A stretch of 64,000 nt of DNA from an uncultured Spirochaetota bacterium (GTDB taxonomy: Bacteria > Spirochaetota > UBA4802 > UBA5550): assembly GCA_942493035.1 (NCBI GenBank), contig OW818666.1:4294874-4358873 (forward strand). Direction: 5' to 3'. Under the pieces are notes generated by a model. It saw only the letters and a list, made by a program, of their open reading frames with translations. It was not told the origin of the DNA and made no database searches. Positions 21,138-33,102 of the stretch are shown in pieces (positions within the stretch are counted from its first letter, which is position 1; each line of letters opens with the position of its first letter). A program made the translations under genes and the position numbers.

Positions 21138-23303
21138 TTAAAATTTTTCAAACCCGTCGTCATTCATAAAGTCATCAATACTTGATGACTTTTCTTTTTT
21201 AGGAGAAGTCTCTGTTCTTTTCTCTGAAGCAATGATTTCAGGTTTTTTTTCAGCAGCCTGCGGATTATATTTATGGGCTGTATCCTCTTTCTTTATTTCA
21301 GATATTTTCTTTATAGCAGTTTTTGCAGGAGTCTTCTTTGTAGATTCTATTGCAGATTCTATTACAGGTTTTGATTTGCTGTTTTTATTTCTGATTGTGA
21401 ATCTGCTCATGAGTGCAAGCATCTCCTGCGCCTGATTTGCCATCTCTTCGCTGGCTGAGGCTGTCTCTTCAACAAGTGCTGCATTCTGCTGTGTTGCAGA
21501 GTCGAGTTCAACAATGGCACGGTTGATCTGATCCATCCCCTGTCTCTGCTCATCACTTGCTGCCGCAATTTCAGATATGATATGAGCAGTTGTTTTTGCA
21601 GCATTTGCGATTTCTTTCAGGAATTCTCCCGATTGGACTACCACCTGTGTCCCTTTTTCCACTTTTTCAACAGATTCTTTAATTAAAAGTTCAATCTCTT
21701 TTGCCGCACCCCCTGAGCGCTGTGCAAGATTTCTTACCTCTCCGGCAACAACGGCAAAACCTTTACCCTGATCACCAGCCCGTGCTGCTTCAACAGCCGC
21801 ATTCAGTGCAAGCAGGTTTGTCTGGAAGGCTATTTCATTTATAACAGTAATAATTTCAGAGATTTTTTTACTGGAGTCATTGATCTCGTTTATAGACTGG
21901 ATTGCAACTACAGCCTGATCGCTTCCCAGTGCTGATTTCCGGGCACCTTCATTGGTGAGATCCTGAGCACTTTTTGAGTTCTCCGCATTGCGGTCCACTG
22001 TTGCGGTATTCTCCTCTATGGTTGCAGCAATCTCTTCAAGTGCTGAAGCCTGTTGTGTCGTCCTTTGAGAGAGATTCATATTCCCTTTACTGATCTGGTC
22101 AACAGCGGAAGTGAGATTTTCCGCAGACAATATAATATTAGTAATTAAATCTTCAAGGTTGTCGGCAGAAGAGTTTAAAGCTCTTGCCAGATCGCCTATT
22201 TCGTCCCTTTGTTCAATTTTTACTCTGTCGGTAAAATCACCCTCAGCAAGTTTATTGGCAAATTCGCTCATCGCTTTTACAGGGTTGGAAATTTTTCCTG
22301 AAATATAAAAGCTCGCAAAAAGACTTATAGCAATTGCTATTATTGCTATAAGAAGAGTAGCAAATACCATTCTGTAGAGTGGTGCATACAGTTTGCTTTC
22401 CGATACAGTGATACAGAGTATCCATCCTGTCTCTTTAACTTCACGGAAATAGACCCATTTGTCATCTCCATCGATTGTAATTTTTGCATTGCCGTTTTTC
22501 TGTTTAATAATATCTTTTCCCAGTGAGGCAAAATCTTTATCGGAGTGTTCTACAATCTTTTTTTTCATAATAAGTTCTTTATTCTGAAATGCAATGAAAG
22601 TTCCATCTGCATCAAGAAGGAATGCCTGAAGACCGGTTTTATCATCTTTAATAGATTGTACTATATTCTGCAGTTCAGCTATATCAAAATCTCCGCTTGC
22701 TATTCCCATGAAATTTTTACCGGCATCATAAAAAGGGGATACTGCTGAGATCATTGTAACGCCAGTAGCTTCATCGAAAAAAGGTACTGACCATGATATG
22801 CTGTTTTCAGGTTTTCCTACTCCCGTTTTATACCAGTCCTGATTGTGAAAATTATATTCGGCTGTTTCATAATCTGTTGTAACAATAATGTTCTCTTTAT
22901 CGCGATAAGCATATGGGCCGAAGAATCTCACCGCAGGGCTATATCTGAAGGGTTCAAACCATATGCCGAATCCGAAACTTGCCTTATTGTCTCCTGCAAG
23001 ATCTTTAAGCATATTGATGTAATTATCTCTGGGAATCGCACTCCGGTTACTCTGTGCAAGCGAGGCCAGTGAGCGTACAATTGAAGAGTGCATATTCATC
23101 TTAATATTCATCTCGCTGATTATCGCATCCATCTTTAAAGGCATCTTGCTGTTTATCTCTTCATTTATCGCATAATAAGTCATAGCAAGTGTAATGATCT
23201 GAATTGTAACTATAGCTACAATTACAATAGAAGTTATGTAGGCCATTAGTTTAAATTTAAATGAATGAATGTTCATATTTATCTCCCAATACTTAAGCTT
23301 CAT
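21138..23303 (-). CDS. methyl-accepting chemotaxis protein with dCache-like periplasmic sensor
   Basis: HAMP plus MCP signalling domain ([30 protein letters not shown]). Confidence 0.85.
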   Translation of the reverse strand: MKLKYWEINMNIHSFKFKLMAYITSIVIVAIVTIQIITLAMTYYAINEEINSKMPLKMDAIISEMNIKMNMHSSIVRSLASLAQSNRSAIPRDNYINMLKDLAGDNKASFGFGIWFEPFRYSPAVRFFGPYAYRDKENIIVTTDYETAEYNFHNQDWYKTGVGKPENSISWSVPFFDEATGVTMISAVSPFYDAGKNFMGIASGDFDIAELQNIVQSIKDDKTGLQAFLLDADGTFIAFQNKELIMKKKIVEHSDKDFASLGKDIIKQKNGNAKITIDGDDKWVYFREVKETGWILCITVSESKLYAPLYRMVFATLLIAIIAIAISLFASFYISGKISNPVKAMSEFANKLAEGDFTDRVKIEQRDEIGDLARALNSSADNLEDLITNIILSAENLTSAVDQISKGNMNLSQRTTQQASALEEIAATIEENTATVDRNAENSKSAQDLTNEGARKSALGSDQAVVAIQSINEINDSSKKISEIITVINEIAFQTNLLALNAAVEAARAGDQGKGFAVVAGEVRNLAQRSGGAAKEIELLIKESVEKVEKGTQVVVQSGEFLKEIANAAKTTAHIISEIAAASDEQRQGMDQINRAIVELDSATQQNAALVEETASASEEMANQAQEMLALMSRFTIRNKNSKSKPVIESAIESTKKTPAKTAIKKISEIKKEDTAHKYNPQAAEKKPEIIASEKRTETSPKKEKSSSIDDFMNDDGFEKF

Positions 23304-23790
23304 TTATATCTGCAAGAACTTCGAGATCTTTAACTGTGAGCATAATATCGGCATTAAGAATTATAATCAGGTTGCTGTCTTTATTGAACACGCCTTTGAT
23401 TACTTCTTTATCTATGCTTACATGAAAATTAGGTACTTCCTGAAGCTGACCAGGAGCAGTAATTACATCGGAAACGGAGTCTACTATTACACCCACAAGA
23501 AAATCTCTCATTTCAATAATGAGAATTACAGTAAAAGCATCGTACTCTTTCTCGGGAATATTAAATTTCATTCTTAAATCAATTACGGGTACAACTATAC
23601 CCCGCAGATTCATTACACCTTTCAGATATTTTTCACTATTTGGTACTGATGTAATTGTAGTCATCCCCACTATCTCTTTTACACGCAGGACTTCAATGCC
23701 GTAAGTTTCATTATTTATAAGAAAGGTAACATACTGTTCAGTAGTTGTTGTTCTGGATTCATTCATGCTGAGATCCGCCTGCATCGCCAT
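23293..23790 (-). CDS. cheW: chemotaxis coupling protein CheW
   Basis: CheW fold ([22 protein letters not shown]). Confidence 0.85.
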   Translation of the reverse strand: MAMQADLSMNESRTTTTEQYVTFLINNETYGIEVLRVKEIVGMTTITSVPNSEKYLKGVMNLRGIVVPVIDLRMKFNIPEKEYDAFTVILIIEMRDFLVGVIVDSVSDVITAPGQLQEVPNFHVSIDKEVIKGVFNKDSNLIIILNADIMLTVKDLEVLADINEA

Positions 23791-23947
23791 TTAAGCCCTC
23801 CGGTGAATCATTTTAAGTATCTGATTAAAGTTTTATATCTTTTAATAGATCTTATAAATATACATTATCTGATAAAAAAAGCAATATATTTCCGGTATTT
23901 ATTCTTAAACTTTTTTAAAGTAAAAAAGCTCTATTAACTCAATCATT

Positions 23948-24052
23948 ACAAGGTCAAAGGGAGGTCGGTTGGTGAGCATAGTCGAACCATAGCCCCTTTA
24001 TAAGTCCCGCAGGGCTCCTTGCGGTTCCGGAAACGGAGTTTTTGGGACCGCA
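23948..24052. repeat. about 85-bp structured intergenic repeat, copy B (with 25-bp insertion)
   Basis: Direct repeat of 21051-21131; the two copies bracket the mcp-cheW unit. Confidence 0.65.
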
Positions 24053-24119
24053 CAATATAAAATCATTGCATGGATTTTCTTAATTGTATTATATTAAAAT
24101 ATGCGTGGAGGATTATTTT

Positions 24120-25022
24120 ATGAAAATAGCTGTTGCAGGCGGACTCGGTTTTTTAGGGAGACACATTATATCGGTACTTCTTGAAGGAGGTCATGATGTA
24201 ACTCTTTTTGCAAGAAGAGAGGAAAATCTGCATGAAGGGGTGTTATTCGTAAAAGCAGATCTTATGCTTCCAGGAGAGTGGCAGGCGAGGCTTGCAGAAA
24301 ATGATATTGTCATAAATCTTGTAGGAGTTAATCTTTTTCAGAGATGGAATAAAAAGATTAAGAAATTAATATACGACAGCCGTATAATATCCACAGCCAA
24401 TATTCTTGATTCTTTCAGGTCGGGAAAGGGTGCAGGGAAGACTTTAATTAATGCTTCTGCTGTTGGATTTTACGGATTAAGCGATGATGAAGTTATTACA
24501 GAGTCACACGGAGCTGGAACGGATTTTCTTGCCAGGATATGCAGTGACTGGGAGAAAGAAGCTTTAAAGGGGGAGGCGAAAAATATGCGTGTAGTTCTTC
24601 TCCGTTTTGGTTCTGTATTCGGATCAGACGGAGGGGCTTTCCCTCTTCTTAAAAAGAATTATAGATTGATGCTCGGCGGTAAGCTCGGTAATGGCAAACA
24701 GTGGTTTCCATGGATACATATAGATGATGTTGCAGCAATAGTGTTAAGATCTGTCACTGATGAAAAAATGTCCGGAGCATATAACTGTACCGCACCTGGA
24801 ATTGTAACAAATGGGGAATTTACGAAAACAATGGCTAAAGCTGTGAATAGGCCGGTACTCATTCCTTTTGTACCCGGTTTTATTTTAAGGATTGTTCTCG
24901 GAGAGTTCGGGGCTTTTCTTACAAAGGGACAGAGGGCAGTTCCCGAAAGACTTACAAAGGAGGGATTTATTTTTAATTTCCCGGTACTGAAAGAGGCACT
25001 GGATAATCTTATAAAAAAATAA
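24120..25022 (+). CDS. TIGR01777/YfcH-like NAD-dependent epimerase family protein
   Basis: Rossmann motif MKIAVAGGLGFLGRH and DUF1731-like C-terminus. Confidence 0.7.
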   Translation: MKIAVAGGLGFLGRHIISVLLEGGHDVTLFARREENLHEGVLFVKADLMLPGEWQARLAENDIVINLVGVNLFQRWNKKIKKLIYDSRIISTANILDSFRSGKGAGKTLINASAVGFYGLSDDEVITESHGAGTDFLARICSDWEKEALKGEAKNMRVVLLRFGSVFGSDGGAFPLLKKNYRLMLGGKLGNGKQWFPWIHIDDVAAIVLRSVTDEKMSGAYNCTAPGIVTNGEFTKTMAKAVNRPVLIPFVPGFILRIVLGEFGAFLTKGQRAVPERLTKEGFIFNFPVLKEALDNLIKK

Positions 25023-25057
25023 TTCTCATGGCAGACTGTCGGGGATACTTTTTGTTT

Positions 25058-26617
25058 TCAGGCAATAATTCCTCCGGCAAGACTTTTGAGCCTTTCTGTA
25101 AGTTCATTCAATATACGTGTTGATTCATTTATTCTTCGTGAAATATTTACTATTTCACCGGCCTGATCTGCAATATCGGATGTTGTTTTACTCGATTCGC
25201 GTGTGGAAATTTTCTGTTCGTTAGTCGATTTTTCAATTGTTCTGCTGAAGTTGTGTACTCTGTCATTTAGATTCCGGATGGTTTTTATCGTTACATCTAT
25301 GTCTCCGATTTTATTTACTGCTTCATCTATCTGACTTTTTATTCCAGATACGGCTTCGTGCAGTTTCTCAGTCAGTATGGCTGATTCGCTTATGAGAGAG
25401 TTGCTCTCGTCAATTATTTTTGAATTCTCACGGACTATCCGTTCAATCTCCTTTGAGTTTGTGGAAGTTTCATCTGCAAGTTTTGATATCTGTTCTGCGA
25501 CTACGGCGAATCCTCTACCTGCATCTCCGGCACGCGCAGCTTCTATTGACGCGTTGAGCGACAGGAGGTTTACATGGTCGGCGATGTCGTTGATAATATT
25601 GATAAAGTTTGTCATCTCGTTACTCTTGTTGAGTACTGTGTTGAATCTGTCCCGTGTCATATCTATATGGGTTAATGATTCCTTTGAATGGACAAGCAGT
25701 GATCCGAGAGTCTCCTGTACATGAATTGAATCACTCTGCAGTGAATCGTTTACATCTTTAAGATCATTTATCTCTTCGAGCGTTATACTCATCTCGCTGT
25801 AAAGATTCTGGGATGTTTCTGTGACCGACTCGGCATTTACAGCAAGAGTTTCAAGTGAACTTGTTATCTCATTCAGTGCGCTTGCCTGATTTTCAGAGAT
25901 ACAGTTCATGCTGTCGGAGATCTCCTCCTGTTCGGAAATATGGTCTTTTAGAACCATTATTGAATTAAGCACAGATTTTGCAACATCTCTAAGAGATGAT
26001 AGTGACGACATAGATTCATTATGTTTTGCTACTGTAAGTTTCAGAAGCTGTCGCGCGGCCGAGGCACCCGTAGCCGCTCCAAGTCCAACCATGAGATAGA
26101 CAATATAACGTACAATAAAATTTGCAGCTGGACCTGTAGGGATAAGCTGAGGTCTAAGATAAAAAAGCGTACTCTGTGATATCAGTATAAGTATAAGACT
26201 GTATATGCTGAGCCATGGATTAAAATAAAATATACTTAGTGCAAGTGTAATATAGTTTGCAGCAAAGAGTTCCGATGAGCCATAGAAAGAGAACTGGAAA
26301 ATCCATAGACATAAGACAATTGAGGTTATCGTAACATAGCCGGAAAAAATAGTCCCTGTCCGTTTACGTATGAGAAGTTCGGTAAATGTCAGTATTGCCG
26401 CAATAGAGATAATCTGAATTACTATACTCTGGTAGGTCAGATAGGCGGAACCCTTTCCCGTATACTTAATAGCGGTAACTGCGAAGTTGGCAATGATGAG
26501 TATCAGAAGAAAAGATTTAAGCATACGTCGGTTGTTCCTGTGCATTATATCATTAAAAATGGCAGATTTTACTAATTGACCCTCTTCGCGACGTTCTATG
26601 CTAATTTTAGTATTCAC
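25058..26617 (-). CDS. methyl-accepting chemotaxis protein with multi-TM N-terminus
   Basis: MCP signalling domain ([30 protein letters not shown]) after a membrane domain. Confidence 0.8.
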   Translation of the reverse strand: MNTKISIERREEGQLVKSAIFNDIMHRNNRRMLKSFLLILIIANFAVTAIKYTGKGSAYLTYQSIVIQIISIAAILTFTELLIRKRTGTIFSGYVTITSIVLCLWIFQFSFYGSSELFAANYITLALSIFYFNPWLSIYSLILILISQSTLFYLRPQLIPTGPAANFIVRYIVYLMVGLGAATGASAARQLLKLTVAKHNESMSSLSSLRDVAKSVLNSIMVLKDHISEQEEISDSMNCISENQASALNEITSSLETLAVNAESVTETSQNLYSEMSITLEEINDLKDVNDSLQSDSIHVQETLGSLLVHSKESLTHIDMTRDRFNTVLNKSNEMTNFINIINDIADHVNLLSLNASIEAARAGDAGRGFAVVAEQISKLADETSTNSKEIERIVRENSKIIDESNSLISESAILTEKLHEAVSGIKSQIDEAVNKIGDIDVTIKTIRNLNDRVHNFSRTIEKSTNEQKISTRESSKTTSDIADQAGEIVNISRRINESTRILNELTERLKSLAGGIIA

Positions 26618-26698
26618 ATTGAGCCTCCGGTAGCCTATCCATCAGAAAATTTTTTAGACCTGATGATTTAGTAACTGCTTAAAACCAGTGGTATTTTT

Positions 26699-26725
26699 CT
26701 CCGCAGCGCCACAGGCGCTGCGGAG
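26699..26725. repeat. GC-rich hairpin CTCCGCAGCGCC-ACA-GGCGCTGCGGAG
   Basis: Perfect inverted repeat in the intergenic region. Confidence 0.55.
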
Positions 26726-26969
26726 AGCAATTTTACCACCAGTTTATGAGCAGATACATGAATTATGTTATGCGGGGAATTTAATACAGGGTTATATTTT
26801 TTCAAAATAAAATGCGGGAAATTAGAGTTTTTTTTGAGCGTTTAGTTCAGGTAGTAAGTTTTTAGTCATTCCGGAATATACAAAGGATAAAAATGTAAAC
26901 CGGAATGACTGTTATTGGAATTATTAATTATCAGCAGTTATATTAGAATCGGATATTTCTTGAGTGATC

Positions 26970-28466
26970 TTAATAGTCTTCATCAGCCCAGCCAACATCA
27001 GCAAGGAATTCATCGTATGTACCGGGGTAGATGCTTATTTTATCATTATCAAAAACAACCAGTTTTGTGGCTACGCTTCGCAGGTGCATTTCATTGTGAG
27101 TTACCATTATAACTGATCCGTCAAAGTCATCTATCGCTTCTATGAGAGAGTCGCATGACTGCATGTCCAGGTGATTTGTGGGCTCATCGAGAAATAGAAG
27201 GTGACATGGAGTTACAAGGATTTTACCCAGGAGTACACGGCTCTTCTCCCCTCCGGATAAAACTTTGATTTTCTTCAGTGCATTGTCGCCGGGGAACATC
27301 AATCCCCCTGCGATGCTTCTAGCTTTGAATTCGTTGCACGATTTGTCCGCACTCTTTATCTCTTCGAAAACGGCTCTGTTTTCATTCAGATCCAGTTTAT
27401 TAGTCTGCCCGAAATAACCCTCAAGCAGTGAAGGATGTTTTTTAACACTACCGGATGTGGGCTGCAGTTCACCTGCGAGAAGTTTGATGAGAGTAGATTT
27501 TCCTTTACCATTTTTTCCGATGATACATATCCTGTCCCGTTTACCAACAGATAATGAAAAGTCTTCTATCAGGAATGGTTCTTTTCCATTGTACGAAAAA
27601 GATATATTCTCGGCGGACATCATCTGGCCAGCTGCAAAGTGTGCGCTGTTGAAGTAGAGGTCCAGGTCTTCAATGGCTTCCAGTGCTTTCATTTCACCCT
27701 GCTTTTCCAGCTTCTTTACGCGGGATTGTGTACGGCTTGCGAAACTCGCCTTGGCTTTAAACTTGGCGATGAAGATCTCCTCCTGCTTACGCTTCTTTGC
27801 TTCATTCAGACGCGTTTTTTCGTAGATCTCCTCTTCCTGATTTATCATGTTGTAGAGCTTGTCTGAATCACCTTCAACTTTTTTTGCTTTGGTCCGGTGT
27901 ATGGCTACAATGTGAGTACAGACACTATCCATAAAACTTCTATCGTGTGTAATGAGGATGAATTCACCATCCCATGATTTGAGGAAATCCTCCAGCCATC
28001 TGATTGCAACAATGTCGAGGTAGTTGTTCGGTTCATCGAGCATAAGCATGTCGGGATTTGAAACAAGAAGTTTCGCCAGATTCATACGTATCTGGTATCC
28101 TCCGGAAAATTCGTTTGGATCTCTCTCGAAATCCGTCTCCGAAAATCCAAGACCGGATAGTATTTTTTCAACTTTCCATGTCTCGTACTCCTCTCCGGCA
28201 GGGAGACCCAGTGAGCACTCTTCGAGAACTGTCGGCTTAGTAAAATGCAGGTGCTGCTCAAGATGTCCAATGGTGTAATTCTTCGGAACGATAATGCTCC
28301 CGGAATTTTTTTCTACATTACCGATAATCATCTGGAAAAGGGTCGTTTTGCCGTGGCCGTTTCTTCCGACTAAACCGATTCGCTCCCCTTTGTTTACATT
28401 AAGGTTAAGATCGTCAAAGAGAACCTGGCCACCGAAAGTCTTGTTTAATCCTGAAATCTTTATCAT
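26970..28466 (-). CDS. ABC-F family ATPase (tandem ABC domains, no TMD)
   Basis: Two Walker A motifs (GRNGHGKTT; GKNGKGKST) and two LSGG signatures. Confidence 0.85.
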   Translation of the reverse strand: MIKISGLNKTFGGQVLFDDLNLNVNKGERIGLVGRNGHGKTTLFQMIIGNVEKNSGSIIVPKNYTIGHLEQHLHFTKPTVLEECSLGLPAGEEYETWKVEKILSGLGFSETDFERDPNEFSGGYQIRMNLAKLLVSNPDMLMLDEPNNYLDIVAIRWLEDFLKSWDGEFILITHDRSFMDSVCTHIVAIHRTKAKKVEGDSDKLYNMINQEEEIYEKTRLNEAKKRKQEEIFIAKFKAKASFASRTQSRVKKLEKQGEMKALEAIEDLDLYFNSAHFAAGQMMSAENISFSYNGKEPFLIEDFSLSVGKRDRICIIGKNGKGKSTLIKLLAGELQPTSGSVKKHPSLLEGYFGQTNKLDLNENRAVFEEIKSADKSCNEFKARSIAGGLMFPGDNALKKIKVLSGGEKSRVLLGKILVTPCHLLFLDEPTNHLDMQSCDSLIEAIDDFDGSVIMVTHNEMHLRSVATKLVVFDNDKISIYPGTYDEFLADVGWADEDY

Positions 28467-28947
28467 TTGCTATTTCCTTTTCATTTTGCTGAACCGGAAT
28501 AATTAATTTCCGGTATATGCCAAAATGTTTCACAGAGAAAAAAGATCAAGCATTTTAAAGGAGAGGACAATTTCATCACAAGTTTATGAGTAGATGCTGT
28601 ATTGCTACTGTGCAAAAAACTGAAACTTTAAATTAAAAAGGTGAGTTGATAACTCTGAAAAATGAATTGACAAAATTATATCAAATTGATATATAACCAT
28701 AAGAATATCTATTTCATGATGGATGTGCTGGTGATTTTTCAGGTATCAAAATTCAGAGTCCGTAATAATCAAAATAAAATATTAATTCATATGGTGAGAA
28801 ATATTTAAAACGTGGTATCCAGGAATAGTTTTACACATATATCAGAATAATTCAGATCTAAAAAATGATGAAGATGGAAAGGCTGCAGGCGGGAAACTGC
28901 AATACTATCATGTAATATAGATACAAATTTACAGGGGGAGCTGAAAT

Positions 28948-30495
28948 ATGAGCAGATACGACACAATAATAATCGGAGCAGGTCTGGCCGGATTGACACT
29001 TGCTTCAATTTTATCATCAAGAGAGAAACAGAAAGTGCTTGTTCTTGAAAAAGAGGATTATACCGGAGGAAGGGTTGTCTCATTTACCGGTACTAATGAA
29101 GGATTTAATCTTCAAGGTAAAACAATTGATGAAGAAAGTTATAAACTTGCGTTAGGTGCTGCACACTCGCAGTTTTTTGAAAGCTCACCTGCTCTCTCTA
29201 AAATTATTGATCAGGAATTATTAAACGGATACTCCTTTGAAGCAGGTATCCATATAACTTTCTGGGGAAATAAGGGTAAACTCGCGGCATTTTTTGATTA
29301 TATGGGGAGACATGTGGATTTTCCCGGAAACGAAGGTTTCGCAGTTATTGATGCTGACACTGATACGGTCCATGAACTTGCTTCAGGATCAAAATACAGC
29401 TGGATGAATGATGAATCGATCAGGATTACCAAATCCCTTTTGAAGGAGATGGCCACTGCAAGTCAGGAACAGATTGATGAATGGCGTACAATTTCTTTTG
29501 GTGAATGGTTGCGGCAGCGGACTGGCGATCAGAAGTCCTGGGAATTCCTTGCGGCAGTTGCATCTCCGCATATGGCAATGGGGGATCCCGACATGATGAA
29601 TGCCGGAGAATTTATTCAATTCATGAGTGATGCCGGAAAGATTGGAATGAATTTTGTTTCGGGATCAACCGGAATTGTTTCTAAACCGGGTTTCATTCAT
29701 CTGGCAGATATACTCACTGAAATTATAAAAGATAATGGTGGCGAGATCAGACTCAATTCCCGGGTGAAAGAAGTGATCATTTCAGGTGGAAAAGTTTCCG
29801 GCGTAAAGTATCTGGGTCAGGATGGGGAAAATCTGGCCGAAGCAGATAATGTAGTATGCACTCTTCCACCGAGGAGAATTTTTGCTGTTCTTCCTGAAAG
29901 CGTTTTTCCTGATGAATTTGTCAGTCACATAAAAGAAGATTTCTGGAGTCCGGGTATTGTCACTTCATACACCGGTCTCAAAAATAATATATTCCAATCA
30001 GCGGGACTTAATCCTAAAAGCTGGGTAATAATTCCGGCTTATATAAAATCATCTGAAGGCTTTAAGGGGGATGTGGACTGCAGCTGCATAATTCAGTCAT
30101 CATATTCGTCATCACTCTCACCTGAAGGAAAATCTCTTCTTACAATGGGGATATGTTTAACTGAAGATGAGATATCTGATCCGGAAAAAGTAAAATATGT
30201 TTTTTCTGAGGCAGAGAAGCATTTTACTAAATGCTTTCCTTCATTTGAGAATGAGAGGGATTGGACTATTTATACAGCCGGACCCGGATGTTATGGTGAC
30301 TGGCCGCCGGTTGATTGCAAGAGACCACCGAACAGATCACCATGGATAAAAGGACTATATTTCGCCGGGGATTCATATGGAGAAAAAGTAAAAGGGAGCG
30401 GCATGGATTCGGCTCTGCATTCAGCAATTGACTGTGCTGATGAAATGACGGGCGGGAATTATCTGACAGAGATATTCCCGGAATATTTAAGATAA
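28948..30495 (+). CDS. FAD-dependent oxidoreductase (phytoene-dehydrogenase-related family)
   Basis: N-terminal DTIIIGAGLAGL FAD-binding motif, 515 aa. Confidence 0.65.
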   Translation: MSRYDTIIIGAGLAGLTLASILSSREKQKVLVLEKEDYTGGRVVSFTGTNEGFNLQGKTIDEESYKLALGAAHSQFFESSPALSKIIDQELLNGYSFEAGIHITFWGNKGKLAAFFDYMGRHVDFPGNEGFAVIDADTDTVHELASGSKYSWMNDESIRITKSLLKEMATASQEQIDEWRTISFGEWLRQRTGDQKSWEFLAAVASPHMAMGDPDMMNAGEFIQFMSDAGKIGMNFVSGSTGIVSKPGFIHLADILTEIIKDNGGEIRLNSRVKEVIISGGKVSGVKYLGQDGENLAEADNVVCTLPPRRIFAVLPESVFPDEFVSHIKEDFWSPGIVTSYTGLKNNIFQSAGLNPKSWVIIPAYIKSSEGFKGDVDCSCIIQSSYSSSLSPEGKSLLTMGICLTEDEISDPEKVKYVFSEAEKHFTKCFPSFENERDWTIYTAGPGCYGDWPPVDCKRPPNRSPWIKGLYFAGDSYGEKVKGSGMDSALHSAIDCADEMTGGNYLTEIFPEYLR

Positions 30496-30519
30496 AAATT
30501 AATTTCAAGGGGGCATGGT

Positions 30520-31308
30520 ATGTCACATGGGGACTGGCTGGTTTTTAAAAAAGAGAATAATATAGGAATCATTATCCTCAATCATCCTGAAACATTTAAT
30601 CTCGTAAATTGGGATCTGATGAGAGAGATGGAGGAGATCCAGGCTGAGATAGAAAATGATCATTCGCTTCGATGTATTGTGATACATTCACATGGTGAAC
30701 ACTTTTCAGCCGGAATTGACCTGAATTGTCTACAGGGATGTTCTTCTGAGGTAATGCTTAAGAATTTCACATGGCTGCACCGGGCTATGGGGCGCTGGCA
30801 GGATATTACAATCCCTGTAATAATTGCAGTTCATGGATATACCTTCGGCATGGCAGTGGAGCTGATGCTTTCATGCGATATCCGAATTGCGGCTAAGAAC
30901 ACACGACTGGCTTTGCCTGAATTGAAGTTCGGGCTTTCTCCTGATCAGGGGGGCACCACCAGACTTACACAGCTGGTCGGTTCCGGACAGGCTAAACGGA
31001 TAATTCTTGGAGCGGAAGAGATCGGCGCAGATGAAGCTTTCAGCATTGGTCTTGTTGAGATAGTAGTTGAAGATGATAAACTCTTAGAGAGAGCAATGAA
31101 GCTTGCTTTAAAAATTGCATCATTCCCGCCATCGGGAGTGCGATTTGCGAAAGCAGGGATTAATGTTGCAAGAGAGAGCAGTACAACTGCAAGCCTTCTT
31201 TTTGAACAGGCACAATCTGCTTACTGCTGCGGTACTTCAGATCAGGCAGAGGCAATCGTCGCTTTCCTTGAAAAGCGTAAACCGGAGCGTGCTTATACCG
31301 GATTATGA
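30520..31308 (+). CDS. enoyl-CoA hydratase/isomerase family protein
   Basis: Crotonase fold (AVHGYTFGMAVELMLSCDIRIAA). Confidence 0.8.
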   Translation: MSHGDWLVFKKENNIGIIILNHPETFNLVNWDLMREMEEIQAEIENDHSLRCIVIHSHGEHFSAGIDLNCLQGCSSEVMLKNFTWLHRAMGRWQDITIPVIIAVHGYTFGMAVELMLSCDIRIAAKNTRLALPELKFGLSPDQGGTTRLTQLVGSGQAKRIILGAEEIGADEAFSIGLVEIVVEDDKLLERAMKLALKIASFPPSGVRFAKAGINVARESSTTASLLFEQAQSAYCCGTSDQAEAIVAFLEKRKPERAYTGL

Positions 31309-31417
31309 AAAATTATCTCTTATAATATAAAATGATACTGCTGCAAATATTAAATAAATTTTCGTTTTGTAAAAAACCATTGAGATTACAATTCTAATAC
31401 TGATATCGGAGTGTAGT

Positions 31418-31864
31418 ATGAAGTTTGAAGAGCTCGCCGGACTTGAACATATAAAATGCATGATTGACGGAAGAGTGCCTCATGCTTCAATTGCAGATAC
31501 AATTCCCATGAGAATTGTATCTGCAGGCGATGGATATGCATTGATTGAAGCGCGTGCTGATAAAAGCCATCTTAATCCGCTCGGAGGAGTTCATGGGGGA
31601 TTTGCTGCCACAGTACTTGATGGAGTAACTGCAAGCGCTGTCCACACCATGATGGCTCCCGGTGAAGGTTATGCAACACTTGAAATAAGCATAAAAATGT
31701 TCAGGCCGGTACCTCTTGATGAAAAACTCTTTGCCGAAGGAAAAATAATGAATATTTCCAGGTCTGTGGCATGTTCAGAAGGATGGTTGAGAAATGGTGA
31801 AGGTAAAATCCTCGCATACGCCAATGCAACCTTTTCTATTTCAAGAAAACAGACTGCATTTTAA
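31418..31864 (+). CDS. PaaI-family hotdog thioesterase
   Basis: HotDog motif (NPLGGVHGGFAATVLD). Confidence 0.8.
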   Translation: MKFEELAGLEHIKCMIDGRVPHASIADTIPMRIVSAGDGYALIEARADKSHLNPLGGVHGGFAATVLDGVTASAVHTMMAPGEGYATLEISIKMFRPVPLDEKLFAEGKIMNISRSVACSEGWLRNGEGKILAYANATFSISRKQTAF

Positions 31865-31950
31865 ATCCTTCGCCAGCAGAATATCTCCTTGACGGATTAA
31901 TTTTAATATGTGATATATCTTTATGATATAAGAAAAAATAAGAGGTATTC

Positions 31951-32463
31951 ATGTTTGACAAGATTGTTCTCGGTTTCCTCATGGAAACAAAAATGAACGG
32001 TTATGAAATAAAGAAAACTATGGAGAAAAGTACAAACTTTTTCTTCAATACAAGTTATGGTAATATATATCCGACACTTAAAAAGCTTGAAGAGGCTGGA
32101 CATCTTACATCCGAAGAAGAGATCAAGAACGGCAAGCTGAACAAGTCATACTCGATAACCAAAAGTGGAGAGCAGGTGTTTAAACAATGGCTTGGAGAAC
32201 ATTCAGATATTGCAATGATACGTGATGAAGCACTCTGCCGTTTATTTTTTTACTCACATCTGGAAAAAGATAAAATTATAGATGAATTGCATTCATATAT
32301 CGACAGACTTGAGGCCCAGGCTGATACTATGACGAAATTAAGAAAGAAATTTCAGAATTATAAAATAGATTCCTGGAAAATGAAGTCACTCGATTTCGGA
32401 ATTGACTACTATACGTATATGCGTAAAAGCTTTCTGAAGATACTTAAAGAGATCATTGAGTAG
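31951..32463 (+). CDS. PadR family transcriptional regulator
   Basis: PadR winged HTH (GYEIKK...GNIYPTLKKLEEAGHL). Confidence 0.8.
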   Translation: MFDKIVLGFLMETKMNGYEIKKTMEKSTNFFFNTSYGNIYPTLKKLEEAGHLTSEEEIKNGKLNKSYSITKSGEQVFKQWLGEHSDIAMIRDEALCRLFFYSHLEKDKIIDELHSYIDRLEAQADTMTKLRKKFQNYKIDSWKMKSLDFGIDYYTYMRKSFLKILKEIIE

Positions 32464-32471
32464 ATATTAAT

Positions 32472-32502
32472 AATTTCCCCACCCTTGACAGGAGGGGAAA
32501 TT
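32472..32502 (+). terminator. terminator hairpin after the PadR gene
   Basis: TTTCCCCACCCTTGACAGGAGGGGAAA. Confidence 0.6.
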
Positions 32503-32628
32503 ATTAAGTTATAAAAACCATTATAATAAGCTGCTGATTTTTTATATCTTGTCAGTCTCTGCTATAGCATCTTTTTATAATCATCGTTCTGGCCTCTATC
32601 TTTAGCTCTTAACTCCATCCATTCACGT

Positions 32629-33060
32629 TCATTTTTCGGCACATAAAGAGTATCTTCGTTGTCCCGTATCCTTCATCTCTCTTATAAAAGATGCTATAGT
32701 AGTAAAATCGGGCATGCTGTCTGCTGATAAAGCTCTGAATATTATATTCTCATGGCAGGCTTTCATTATCATTCGTGATGAAATAATTCCGCGGGAATAT
32801 GCCAGCAGAATTATTTTTAATAATATTGCCGGATCGTAAGCTGGGGCGCCTGTAAAATCATTTTTGTATTTCTTTGATAATCCTGAAAGATCAATCCTGT
32901 TATCCACCATCCAGTTTATGGTATGCTCGATGGTTCCAGGAAGAATCTGTGTACTGAAATTCACAGGTATCATTACTCCCTGCTCGTATGAATAGTATTT
33001 ATATCGGGCCATTGTTCCCTCCAATGACCGACATGTAGCATAACGGTTGTTATTTTGCAA
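32629..33060 (-). pseudogene. IS1182-family transposase, N-terminal fragment (3'-truncated)
   Basis: Residues 20-140 identical to the N-terminal part of the 490-aa transposase at 40643; diverges after REMKD; terminal IR GAGCCTGTAGAAAAAG at 33061-33076. Confidence 0.8.
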
Positions 33061-33102
33061 TCATTTCATACTTTTTCTACAGGCTCGTTGTGCGCAGTAT
33101 TT

